Position numbers and translations under genes: made by a program
The notes under the pieces: model-generated
Seen by the model: only the letters and a program-made list of their open reading frames with translations
Database searches by the model: none
Told to the model about the DNA's origin: nothing
IMG/VR virus record: IMGVR_UViG_3300044941_000276
Coordinates: 41,642 to 105,641 of that record
Source: a virus
Strand: one strand, 5' to 3'
Length of the DNA stretch: 64,000 nt
Shown: piece by piece, positions 40,007 to 48,203 of the stretch
Layout: each line of letters begins with the position of its first letter
How positions within the stretch are numbered: the stretch's first letter is position 1

Positions 40007-40357
40007 GTCGGGTAGGTCCCCCTTCGGGGGTAAGTGTGCCTCAATCATTAGCCACATGATGAGAGGCACAACCATACACTCGCCACACGGTGTATGGTAA
40101 GTAGCAAGTGTGGGCATATTTTCATTGTCTTGGTTGAAAATATGCTTCCCCAGATATCTGGGAGTGGGTTTTTTTAAAAAATCCAAGACATCCACCCCTC
40201 AGTCCGAGTGAGGGAGAGTGTGACCAAGTTGTTGTAACCATCCGACAACTTGGCACACGAGGTGGATTATGTAGGCAAATTGAAGACGCCTAATCTCGGA
40301 ACGGGGTAAGCCGAAAACTCATAAAAAGAGTAGGCGTAAATTGAAAACGACTAGTTT
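40007..40357 (+). ncRNA. structured non-coding segment (hairpins, pseudoknots, AAUUGAA loops)
   Basis: Back-to-back inverted repeats, e.g. CCCC-TTCG-GGGG, ACCATACAC/GTGTATGGT, GCATATTTTCA/TGAAAATATGC. Confidence 0.55.
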
Positions 40358-40615
40358 ATGACCAGGACTATCATATCGGAGGTGAACACAGCTCACCTTC
40401 ATATGATCAAAGAAAGATTTGATCATGAGTACCCGCTACCAAACGGAGGGTACGTACTATATTCGTTTTGCTCGTCGACATCAAAAGATATTGAAGCTTT
40501 AATCATTGTAGTAAAGAAAGAAAAGCTCATCAAATCGAGAGCTTTTCTTTTCACGGGGGAGGTTCTCCAATTGGAAAATTTCCTCGCTAAACATGGGATT
40601 GAAATATCCCTTTAG
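40358..40615 (+). CDS. early hypothetical protein
   Basis: ORF track; ATG follows an AAUUGAAA hairpin. Confidence 0.55.
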   Translation: MTRTIISEVNTAHLHMIKERFDHEYPLPNGGYVLYSFCSSTSKDIEALIIVVKKEKLIKSRAFLFTGEVLQLENFLAKHGIEISL

Positions 40616-40619
40616 CGAG

Positions 40620-41265
40620 GTCTCCCCTTTTTTCCCCTTGCTGCCATTTAATGGGTAAAACGGCAAGGGGGTTTTAAAGCCCTGTCAGGCGAAATTGAAG
40701 ATGACAGGGCATCTTTCTCCCTACCTTGGGTAAGTAGGGAGATATTTTATACCCATCGTCGAGAGAGGATTCGACCCGTGTAAGCGAAGTGCTCTGGCCG
40801 GTCGCAGCACGGGTTGTTATCCATTTTTTACTCCTCACCTTGAGCAAGTGAGGGTGGGTGTTTGCTCACGTCCCTCAATCGGACTGCAAATGTAACGTCG
40901 TTATTTGATGGTTACTCAAGCCGGTTCGATGAGGGACACTTATTTGACTAAGACGGGGTCAGATAAGTAAAAATTAAACCGTCTCTGCCGAAAAGCTCGC
41001 GACGCGTTTTGCTCGCTGAGCATTGGCAGATTCCCCGAAAGGGGAAATTAGCGCCCCTTAAGTGGGGCTTTAGCTTGTCCGTACCATACCGGACTTAAAC
41101 ATAGTATGGTAAGCCTTTGTACTAGGCTTTGATTGAGGGGTAAAACCCAAGAGAAGGTACAAAGACCGTCACCTAGCATCGCTTTTTATGGCTTTAATCA
41201 TGCTATAGGTAGAATCAGAAGACGGCGCGCACAGGGTTCTTTATGAGCTTCTTACCTGTGCAAAA
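40620..41265 (+). ncRNA. structured non-coding segment upstream of tRNA-Arg
   Basis: More than 10 consecutive stems, two H-type pseudoknots, no ORF. Confidence 0.55.
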
Positions 41266-41271
41266 TAAGTT

Positions 41272-41345
41272 ACTCCCATAGCTCAACTGGATAGAGCAAC
41301 TGCCTTCTAAGCAGTAGGTTGCAAGTTCGAATCTTGCTAGGGGTA
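41272..41345 (+). tRNA. tRNA-Arg (UCU)
   Basis: Cloverleaf; anticodon arm ACTGC-CTTCTAA-GCAGT; T arm GCAAG-TTCGAAT-CTTGC; one C-A mismatch in the acceptor; no encoded CCA. Confidence 0.92.
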
Positions 41346-41387
41346 CGATTAAAAAACCTAATCACAATTAAAAAAACAAAAAACGTT

Positions 41388-41804
41388 ATGAACAAGAACA
41401 CATTCGTTTTTGTGATCACCATGTTGGTGGTCACAATCTTTTTGGCTGCCGCTGCGGTAGCCAAGCCCCGCCCGAAATGGGTGCGGGTTAGCCACTCTAT
41501 CTTATCAACCGTTGACCGTATCGACCGAGATACGGTTGCAATTAAGCTCACCTTCGTCCGCTTTGACGGCGAAGGTCGTCCTACTATTGGTCAAAATTTG
41601 GGTCACTTTATTATAGAAGTGGCCTTCACAGTCGACCGCTCAGAGGCGGTACGCATTTTAAACGGCGGGCAGTTGTCCGCCAACGGGCATGTCCTCGCCC
41701 GTATAAGCGAGGGCACCAAAATAATTCGTGACCCTGAGGGTCGCGAAATCCGCCGTATGAAAGCGGCGGATATCTGCAAGATCCTTTATGGGTCTTCAGA
41801 GTAA
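41388..41804 (+). CDS. early secreted/membrane protein
   Basis: Likely start MNKNTFVFVITMLVVTIFLAAAAVA (signal peptide). Confidence 0.65.
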   Translation: MNKNTFVFVITMLVVTIFLAAAAVAKPRPKWVRVSHSILSTVDRIDRDTVAIKLTFVRFDGEGRPTIGQNLGHFIIEVAFTVDRSEAVRILNGGQLSANGHVLARISEGTKIIRDPEGREIRRMKAADICKILYGSSE

Positions 41805-41809
41805 AAAAG

Positions 41810-41843
41810 ACAAGGCGGTTTCTATGAAATCGCCTTGTTTTTT
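41810..41843 (+). terminator. rho-independent terminator
   Basis: ACAAGGCGGTTTC-TAT-GAAATCGCCTTGT-TTTTT. Confidence 0.85.
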
Positions 41844-41844
41844 A

Positions 41845-42941
41845 TCAGGGTGAGAATCCCTGACAAGCCTGTGGGGCTCATGTCTTGCTAAGGCATTGTT
41901 GCACTTGTATAGGGGAAGAGTAGTAAAGTCGAGTAATATTGCTGCGTTAGGTAATACTATAAGCATTATGAAAGAGGAATATCTATTTTGACTATATGGC
42001 GCAATGTCTGATCAAGCATTAGTGCGGACTCAAAAATCAGGCAGTGGTACAGCCTTAATCTGTACAAATCTTTGTTTATCAAAGATTAACAAGGAAATAA
42101 CCAATACCTTGTCCTAACTATGGGTAAAATAGTAGTCGTCCTTTTTTTAAATGTATTTTTTAAACCTGTACTATCGTCCCCGGATAGTACATCAATAGTG
42201 GCACAAGGAGGCCGCGAGGGGCGAAGACATATGGTCTTCAATGTTTAACAAATCGTGGTATTGAGCTAGACCACGTTGAAATAGTTAGCTCGCCTGTCCA
42301 CAAACACGGAGGTGTGACAGGTTCATGGGAGAAGAAGAGGCCGTCAATATTAAACGACGTGTCTCTAAAGAGAAAAGGGTTTCCGTGTTGCGACTGAATC
42401 TCATGTCGCACAAGTTAACGACTTGACCCGAGATATATGTAGCTCTATACATTAACAATAACTACGTCAACAATAGATGTAGGGAGTGGTGTATATCTAT
42501 ATATGTACGATTTGAGACTGGACAACTCAAATCAATATGTACAATGTCCAATAGCCGTACGCCACAACGGCTATGATATCTTAAGATATAGGTCGATATT
42601 AAAAGACCTTATCTTAGATATAATTATTTTAGTCAAGGGCATGAATCGGGGTTGACATCCCGATAAGGGTATGGAGTAAAGACCATACTTGAAAACGTCA
42701 GCGTCCGATAATCAAATCAACAATAGATTTGAGGAGGACGTTAAGGCGAATTGAAGTCGCCGTCATTTTTCTATCCTGTACGGATAGTTGTCAAAGTCGA
42801 CCATGGGACTAAGACGTAAAAACAGAAAGAAGCCTAAGTCGTGCGATGCTTCGCATCGATATGGTGAGCGCTCATGGTTATAGTAGGAGACTACGACAAT
42901 GTCGTATGTCGTTATTACTACTGAATAAGTCCGAAAGGACT
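41845..42941 (+). ncRNA. ~1.1-kb ORF-free structured region (candidate large ncRNA or ncRNA array)
   Basis: Dense hairpins, long-range stems (GCCTG/CAGGC, GACCATGGG/CTCATGGTT), pseudoknots; ends at a hammerhead. Confidence 0.5.
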
Positions 42942-42997
42942 CTGTCGTCTATGTGCGTGGCTGTGCATAGGCCTGATGAGGGGTTAACCCGAAACAG
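42942..42997 (+). ncRNA. type III hammerhead ribozyme
   Basis: CUG-UC | stem I 42947-56/42963-72 | CUGAUGA 42973-79 | stem II GGG..CCC | GAAA 42991-94 | CAG; GUC cleavage after 42946. Confidence 0.85.
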
Positions 42998-43087
42998 TAT
43001 TGCCCGCGTAAAATAAGACTGCGTTAAGGTCTTGTGAGTGATGCGTGCCCACTCAGAACGGCATTAATTTTTTATCCAAAATTGAAG

Positions 43088-44212
43088 ATGGATAGAAAAT
43101 TAATTAACGCCCTAGAATGCGAAAAGTATATACAGAAAAAACTTTTCGCGTTCAACGCCGGCAAGACGCTGGCTAGGGCGTGGAACGCGGGGGAAAATTG
43201 TCTTCTTACCGGACCTGGTGGGTACGGTAAGACGGACGGAGCTGCTTTGTTCTTTGAGTATCTCAAAGAACAAGGGGCTTTGTCTGACGAACGTCCATAC
43301 GTATTGGCGTTCGGACAGGGCATGACTGAGGAAAGGTTATTCGCTGGGTTGGATATCAAACGCTTTCAGAATGAAGGCGAATTGGTGTACAACCTGAAGA
43401 AGGCCTTCGTATCCTTCGAATATGTAATATTCGAGGAAATGTTCGACGCATTTCCTGGGGTATTGCTTATTCTGAAGGATGTTCTTCAGTCTAAGAGCGT
43501 ACGGTTAGGCGACACCGTATTTCCCTTGCGAACTAAATTTATAGTCGCCTGTACCAACCGTAGCAATGAGGAAGTCGCTACGGATAGAAGTACATGGGCT
43601 CTTTTAGAAAGATTCGTCTTTCAAAAAGAGGTAACCTGGACTTCGTGGGAAAAGTCCGACTACCTCTCGGCTTTCGAGGCAGCCACAGGCCAGAAAGCTG
43701 ATTCCGTAATGGAGGCTGTGGCAAGAATAGCTGCTGCCAGCAGCAAAGGTGAGATGAAGATCTCGCCTCGTACTGCTGGTAAAGGTCTTAAGGCAGTAAA
43801 ACAAAACGGTAACGACATTACCGTTTTGGAAGACATTCTCGGCTTCGATAAGAAGTCGGTAAGAGAAGTCTTCACTGCTATGGAAGGCATAGCAGCAGAC
43901 AAGGCTCAACGTGACCACGTAGCTGCGGTGGTCGCGTTATGTAAGCAGACAGCAGCTACTTCTTCGAATTCCGCCATTAAATTGGCGGTTGCCGCTAAAC
44001 GAGTTCACGTAGAACTCGAAAAACTTAGTGGAATTCAACGTCGTGATGCGAACGTTGAATTGTTCGAGGAAAGCATCATTGTCATAGAGAATCTGAGGGA
44101 GTCTCTATGGCAAAGAGCCAAGTCCCTTATTAACAAGCCACCAGTTGGCAGCTTGGCAGAGTTTATACAAAACTCTAGCACAAGCTCATTCGACTGGAGC
44201 TTGTTGAGATAA
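43088..44212 (+). CDS. MoxR/RavA-like AAA+ ATPase
   Basis: Walker A GPGGYGKT, Walker B VIFEE, ACTN, ALLERF, ISPR; likely start MDRK at 43088. Confidence 0.85.
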   Translation: MDRKLINALECEKYIQKKLFAFNAGKTLARAWNAGENCLLTGPGGYGKTDGAALFFEYLKEQGALSDERPYVLAFGQGMTEERLFAGLDIKRFQNEGELVYNLKKAFVSFEYVIFEEMFDAFPGVLLILKDVLQSKSVRLGDTVFPLRTKFIVACTNRSNEEVATDRSTWALLERFVFQKEVTWTSWEKSDYLSAFEAATGQKADSVMEAVARIAAASSKGEMKISPRTAGKGLKAVKQNGNDITVLEDILGFDKKSVREVFTAMEGIAADKAQRDHVAAVVALCKQTAATSSNSAIKLAVAAKRVHVELEKLSGIQRRDANVELFEESIIVIENLRESLWQRAKSLINKPPVGSLAEFIQNSSTSSFDWSLLR

Positions 44213-44290
44213 TCGTTAACCCAATCTCTTGGGTTTGACTTGCATATAAGGTTAATCGTAAAAGCAAGGTAGTTATAATTTTATGGGGTT

Positions 44291-45520
44291 ATGAAAAAAA
44301 GAACCATACCCCACCATCTGTACGTTGAGCCTACGCGGCGAGACGTACAAGAAAGATTTAAGGAGTTAGGTTTTGATAAAACCTACTCTTATGATCTCGT
44401 ACGGGATATTGCTAATGCGATGTCTCACGTACAGAATGGTGGGAAAGTCACTGACGCAATGACCAACGTCAGTGATTGGGTTCTTCCTTCTGACTATAAG
44501 TCAGAGAGGGAATATCAAAGAGCACTCTCGTATCACGAGAATGTTCAAAGATTTATTTCTTCTCTTGACTTTGACAAGTTCAGTGGCAATACTCCGCTTG
44601 CAAAAGCGGCAAGTGTTGTAGCTGCACTGTCTAGTCAAGAAGGGGGACAAGGCGAGGAGGGTGATGGTCAACCCTTGCCAATCTTCCGAGGTTCGTCAGA
44701 ATCTATGGAAGAAAAGGCTAAAAAGTTGGAAGAGGCAGTTGATCAAACTGTCGAGGCCAATAAAAGCCTTGCGAGGTACATCATCAATCCTGATGAGGCC
44801 TCCCCAGAGGTGGCTCTCGCGACCTTGAACAGCGAGAATCGGGACCTCTTAGCCAAGTTAGCGCTACTTGGTGACAGGGGTAAGATACGTTCACAGCGCA
44901 CTTCTCCCACAAACAAACTCACTCAAATGAGTGAGTATTCACAGGTGGGTCGTGTGAATAATATGAGTAGTATGTTTCTCCCAACTTTCGGGTATAAATT
45001 TGCGACCAAGCAATTGGTTGTGAAAGAACCCGAACAATCAACGAGACAAACCCTTGTCTTATTGATTGACAACAGCGGTTCTATGGACGAGACCGACAAA
45101 TTAAGTTGGGTCAAAGCCATAGTAGTTAACAGATTAGACGCTGTTAGTAAGGGAGAAGCTGAGTTGTATATCGGTTGGTTTGAATGTTCTCTTGATGAAG
45201 AGAACATTGTTAAAATTGCCAACAAAAAAGAAGCCATAGCTTTTTTACAAGAAGGCTTCTTGGGTAATTTTAACGGGGGAAAAACTGATATACAACGGGC
45301 CATTGAACAAGTTTGCGAGGGAATCAAACTTGGAAGGCTCGGTAATTATTCCCTCAACGGAGTTAAGCCTCAAATCGTTGTAATGAACGATGGGCAAGAC
45401 TTTGTTGATAGCAATTATAAACCCAGTGTTGTGACTCACGGGTTTATCTTAGGGCGTGACAATGACGGAATGAAGTCAATGATCGCCAATTGCGGAGGTC
45501 ACTATGAGAGATTTTTATAA
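44291..45520 (+). CDS. vWA-domain protein (ViaA-like partner)
   Basis: MIDAS LIDNSGSM, GG.TDI, MNDG. Confidence 0.85.
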   Translation: MKKRTIPHHLYVEPTRRDVQERFKELGFDKTYSYDLVRDIANAMSHVQNGGKVTDAMTNVSDWVLPSDYKSEREYQRALSYHENVQRFISSLDFDKFSGNTPLAKAASVVAALSSQEGGQGEEGDGQPLPIFRGSSESMEEKAKKLEEAVDQTVEANKSLARYIINPDEASPEVALATLNSENRDLLAKLALLGDRGKIRSQRTSPTNKLTQMSEYSQVGRVNNMSSMFLPTFGYKFATKQLVVKEPEQSTRQTLVLLIDNSGSMDETDKLSWVKAIVVNRLDAVSKGEAELYIGWFECSLDEENIVKIANKKEAIAFLQEGFLGNFNGGKTDIQRAIEQVCEGIKLGRLGNYSLNGVKPQIVVMNDGQDFVDSNYKPSVVTHGFILGRDNDGMKSMIANCGGHYERFL

Positions 45521-45727
45521 TCTTTCTTTTCCCTATGCTCTACTAATAGGGATGTAAAACGATAGTAGCTGGAAGAAAACTACCCTACCTCAGGGTTATG
45601 TGACTATAAGGGTTAATGGGTGCGCTACCATTAGAAATGTCACGCATATAAAAATCCTGCCATTGCAGGTTGAAGCACAAAACCTTACCCAGTTTTGTGT
45701 GTATATAACTCATGGGTAATAAAAGAC

Positions 45728-45973
45728 ATGGATAACTTTTTTCTTGAGTTATTTATTATAACTCAACAAGAAAGAATTCAATCCGAGGGATTATTTTCTA
45801 TCCTTTGCCGAATTGAAGAAGGCAAGGATATGAAGAAAATCCCTTTCCATTCTCAAAAAGAGATGGAAGATTTCCTCTGGTTAAACAGAGGGAATTATCT
45901 ATTCATCTCTTTGGAAGAGGCTGGGCTATTAGTGTCCACCTCTCCATTTGAGAATGGATTGGGAGTGAATTGA
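45728..45973 (+). CDS. small early hypothetical protein (start 45728 or 45830)
   Basis: ORF track; internal ATG at the foot of an AAUUGAAG hairpin. Confidence 0.45.
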   Translation: MDNFFLELFIITQQERIQSEGLFSILCRIEEGKDMKKIPFHSQKEMEDFLWLNRGNYLFISLEEAGLLVSTSPFENGLGVN

Positions 45974-46157
45974 TTGGGGACCACCTGCACTAATCATCGG
46001 TGGGATATAAATAGAGGATTTTTTCTAACCATTCCATTTTGTAATATTACAAATAAAGGTTGAATCTGCGACAGGCATAGGGATATGTGCGAGTAATAGC
46101 AGAAGAGGAAGCCGAAAAGCTAAGTGAGTAGGCAATAACTATCCAAAAAATTGAAGA

Positions 46158-46475
46158 ATGGATATGATCAAGTTTTTATTTCCTCAGGTAGCCAAGTCTA
46201 CCTTTGGAAAAAAGATGTTTAATCGCATAGCTCCTATCGTAGAAAGACTATGCGATGAAACATCGATGATCGCAATGCCCTCAATCGCGATGTTTCTTAC
46301 TTACCATCCCGGAGCTTCTGCTCCGCAGCAGATGGTATTTAATTATCTTGCAGAAGTCGCACTGCAAGGCAACTGGAGAGTATTTGTTGCGACGTATGGG
46401 GAACTCATTTCTCCTTCTGACCCATTGGCTGTATTGGGTCAAGACGGAAGAAAACAGTTCTTCCGACCAATGTGA
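46158..46475 (+). CDS. early hypothetical protein
   Basis: ORF track; ATG inside an AAUUGAAG hairpin. Confidence 0.65.
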   Translation: MDMIKFLFPQVAKSTFGKKMFNRIAPIVERLCDETSMIAMPSIAMFLTYHPGASAPQQMVFNYLAEVALQGNWRVFVATYGELISPSDPLAVLGQDGRKQFFRPM

Positions 46476-46822
46476 AGCTTTACGTCCTTAACTCTGCGGT
46501 AATGCCAGAAGATGGTTATTATCGCAGAGTTAAGATAAGTAGAGAGAAGGCTTCCGAGATACTCAATACAGCCACAGAAATTGTATCTTCTGTTGGGTAT
46601 CCGGAAGTTTGTCAAATATTACATGAAATATCAGGAGTTGTTGTTCCTCTTGATATTGAAAAGCGAGTAACAACATTTACTGAAGACGAGTGTACTATAT
46701 TAGTATGTAAACTTGTCTTCAGGGAAAAAGCAGAACGAAAAGGAGTTAATCGTCATACCGACATTAACGAATATGAGTTCTGCTTAGTTCATTATAAAAA
46801 AAATAACCCTTTTATCAAATAA
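46472..46822 (+). CDS. DUF1874 / STIV B116 / YddF family protein (AcrIII-1-like)
   Basis: LYVLNSA.MP..G.Y....IS.E.A..IL.....SSVGY....IL....G..VP...R......LV.KL..R; catalytic GH reads GY. Confidence 0.72.
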   Translation: MKLYVLNSAVMPEDGYYRRVKISREKASEILNTATEIVSSVGYPEVCQILHEISGVVVPLDIEKRVTTFTEDECTILVCKLVFREKAERKGVNRHTDINEYEFCLVHYKKNNPFIK

Positions 46823-46843
46823 ATAATAAAAGGGTTATTTTTT
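46798..46843 (+). terminator. rho-independent terminator
   Basis: AAAAAATAACCCTTTTAT ... ATAAAAGGGTTATTTTTT. Confidence 0.75.
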
Positions 46844-46876
46844 AATTCATTCAAATCATAATCGTTTATCATTCAT

Positions 46877-47071
46877 ATGGAATTATATCCTATAGTAGAA
46901 TGTTCAACAAAAGAAGGAGCGTCGCTTATTGTTTCTTTCTTTTGTGAAAAAGGTTTTGACTTCTACTTTGTATTTACAGGTAATAAGAAACCTTATCTTG
47001 TAGTTACAAATAAGGAAGGTCTAAAAGCTTTTGAGCAATGGAATCATTCATTAGCAACAATTGTTCATTAG
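46877..47071 (+). CDS. small hypothetical protein
   Basis: ORF track. Confidence 0.55.
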   Translation: MELYPIVECSTKEGASLIVSFFCEKGFDFYFVFTGNKKPYLVVTNKEGLKAFEQWNHSLATIVH

Positions 47072-47122
47072 CAGGTTTCATTAACAACTTATTCACTTTT
47101 CATTAGCAATTTTCATTAGCAA
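47047..47122 (+). repeat. five copies of TTCATTA(G/A)CA
   Basis: Direct repeats just upstream of ATG 47125. Confidence 0.7.
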
Positions 47123-47124
47123 TT

Positions 47125-47337
47125 ATGTATCAAGTCACAAAAAATATAAACGGAGTCTATGCTGAGGCTACGTTTAAAACAAGAGAAGAGGCCTTGCGCC
47201 AAGCCACACGTTGGTTCGATTCCATGAACACTGATATTTCAGATTTATGCGGATCGTTCATTAGCCGTATTGTTAGCGGTAAGAATATAACTTATAGATT
47301 TCAAAAAGCATCCTTAACAATAAGACATGAAAAATGA
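47125..47337 (+). CDS. small hypothetical protein
   Basis: ORF track; F.TREEA motif. Confidence 0.6.
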   Translation: MYQVTKNINGVYAEATFKTREEALRQATRWFDSMNTDISDLCGSFISRIVSGKNITYRFQKASLTIRHEK

Positions 47338-47557
47338 AATCTATGGGTCTTTTTCGTCAATGACATTGACGGAAGAGGGAAAGTTGATTATAAATTTTCT
47401 ATCGGACAATAACGAAAAGTTTATTGTTGAAATAGAATCTTTAATAAAAGAAGATGGTAGCGGAAGAAAATTTTTAATTAATCATAAACATGTAAACTCT
47501 ATTAGCGGCTATGTTGACTTTGCTACTAATAAAGGTTACATAAAAATTAAAAATTAA
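47327..47557 (+). CDS. small hypothetical protein (EDGSG..F motif)
   Basis: ORF track. Confidence 0.6.
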   Translation: MKNEIYGSFSSMTLTEEGKLIINFLSDNNEKFIVEIESLIKEDGSGRKFLINHKHVNSISGYVDFATNKGYIKIKN

Positions 47558-47562
47558 ATTTT

Positions 47563-47570
47563 TACTTTTG
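47563..47570 (+). promoter_or_regulatory. TAnnTTTG -7 element (TACTTTTG) upstream of the tRNA-like/tRNA cluster
   Basis: Consensus match in an intergenic region. Confidence 0.5.
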
Positions 47571-47687
47571 TTGTTATTATAACAGCAAAGGTTTATTTGC
47601 GAACTCTTAACTCAATAAGTTAAACTAATTGACTTATAAAGAGTTACAAGTTCGTCTTGTAGAGCTCACCATCAAAAATCAGATTTT

Positions 47688-47828
47688 AGAGGTGGCGCTG
47701 GATGCGCCTTGGATGCTGGCAGGCGCGCGACTGTGCAACATCGGTACTGGCAAGAAGCTGAACGACGGTTCAGTGGATGTTAGCAAAGGGCTGCTCCCTT
47801 GAGGCCGGTTCGATTCCGGCCACCTCTA
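47688..47828 (+). ncRNA. 141-nt tRNA-like RNA (acceptor and T arm, multi-branched core)
   Basis: AGAGGTG/CACCTCT-A; GCCGG-TTCGATT-CCGGC; no canonical anticodon arm. Confidence 0.7.
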
Positions 47829-47842
47829 CTTAAACAAACAAA

Positions 47843-47916
47843 GGGTCCATAGCTCAGCCGGTTAGAGCATCTGACTCATAATCAGGGGGTCGCAAGTTCG
47901 AGCCCTGCTGGACCCA
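47843..47916 (+). tRNA. tRNA with CAU anticodon (probably Ile2/lysidine; Met possible)
   Basis: GGGTCCA/TGGACCC; TCTGA-CTCATAA-TCAGG; TTCGAG T loop. Confidence 0.9.
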
Positions 47917-47957
47917 CAATCGTTCATTCACAAAAACCGCGACTGAGGTATCAGCAA

Positions 47958-48203
47958 ATGGATGAAAGTTCCTTTACAATTATGTATATGATAACGGTAG
48001 AAGTTTATGATTGTGAAAAAGGCACTAATCGCTATGCGATAAAAGCTGCCAACTTCGAAGAAGCTGTTGAAAGATATGAAGATATCAAATCACGCATCAC
48101 CGTAAACTGGACTCGCCATCCAGCAATCACCGAAGAAATTAAACACCTCGATTGTACATACGATTCTTTTAATGAAGGTTGTATAATCATGTCTCGTGTT
48201 TAA
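47958..48203 (+). CDS. small hypothetical protein
   Basis: ORF track. Confidence 0.55.
   Translation: MDESSFTIMYMITVEVYDCEKGTNRYAIKAANFEEAVERYEDIKSRITVNWTRHPAITEEIKHLDCTYDSFNEGCIIMSRV

Noticed and set aside
40582-40620. GGGAT-TGAAAT-ATCCC as a motif copy or solitary CRISPR repeat
   Set aside because: A real long hairpin at the ORF end, but the motif is partly paired and lacks the AA prefix; ambiguous
41346-41387. Theta (HDV-like) ribozymes next to the tRNAs
   Set aside because: No nested double-pseudoknot pattern found by eye after either tRNA
41270-41551. Minus-strand 93-aa ORF, and the 5' extension of 41319..41804
   Set aside because: Both overlap tRNA-Arg; shadow ORFs
42254-42291. Resemblance to the pistol ribozyme (CGUGG..CCACGUU.AAUAG)
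   Set aside because: The P2/P3 stems and the cleavage-site strand are missing; the linker runs straight into the pseudoknot, so it is kept only as an H-type pseudoknot
44791-44800. CTGATGAG as a second hammerhead core
   Set aside because: Inside the vWA gene with no properly placed GAAA or stems
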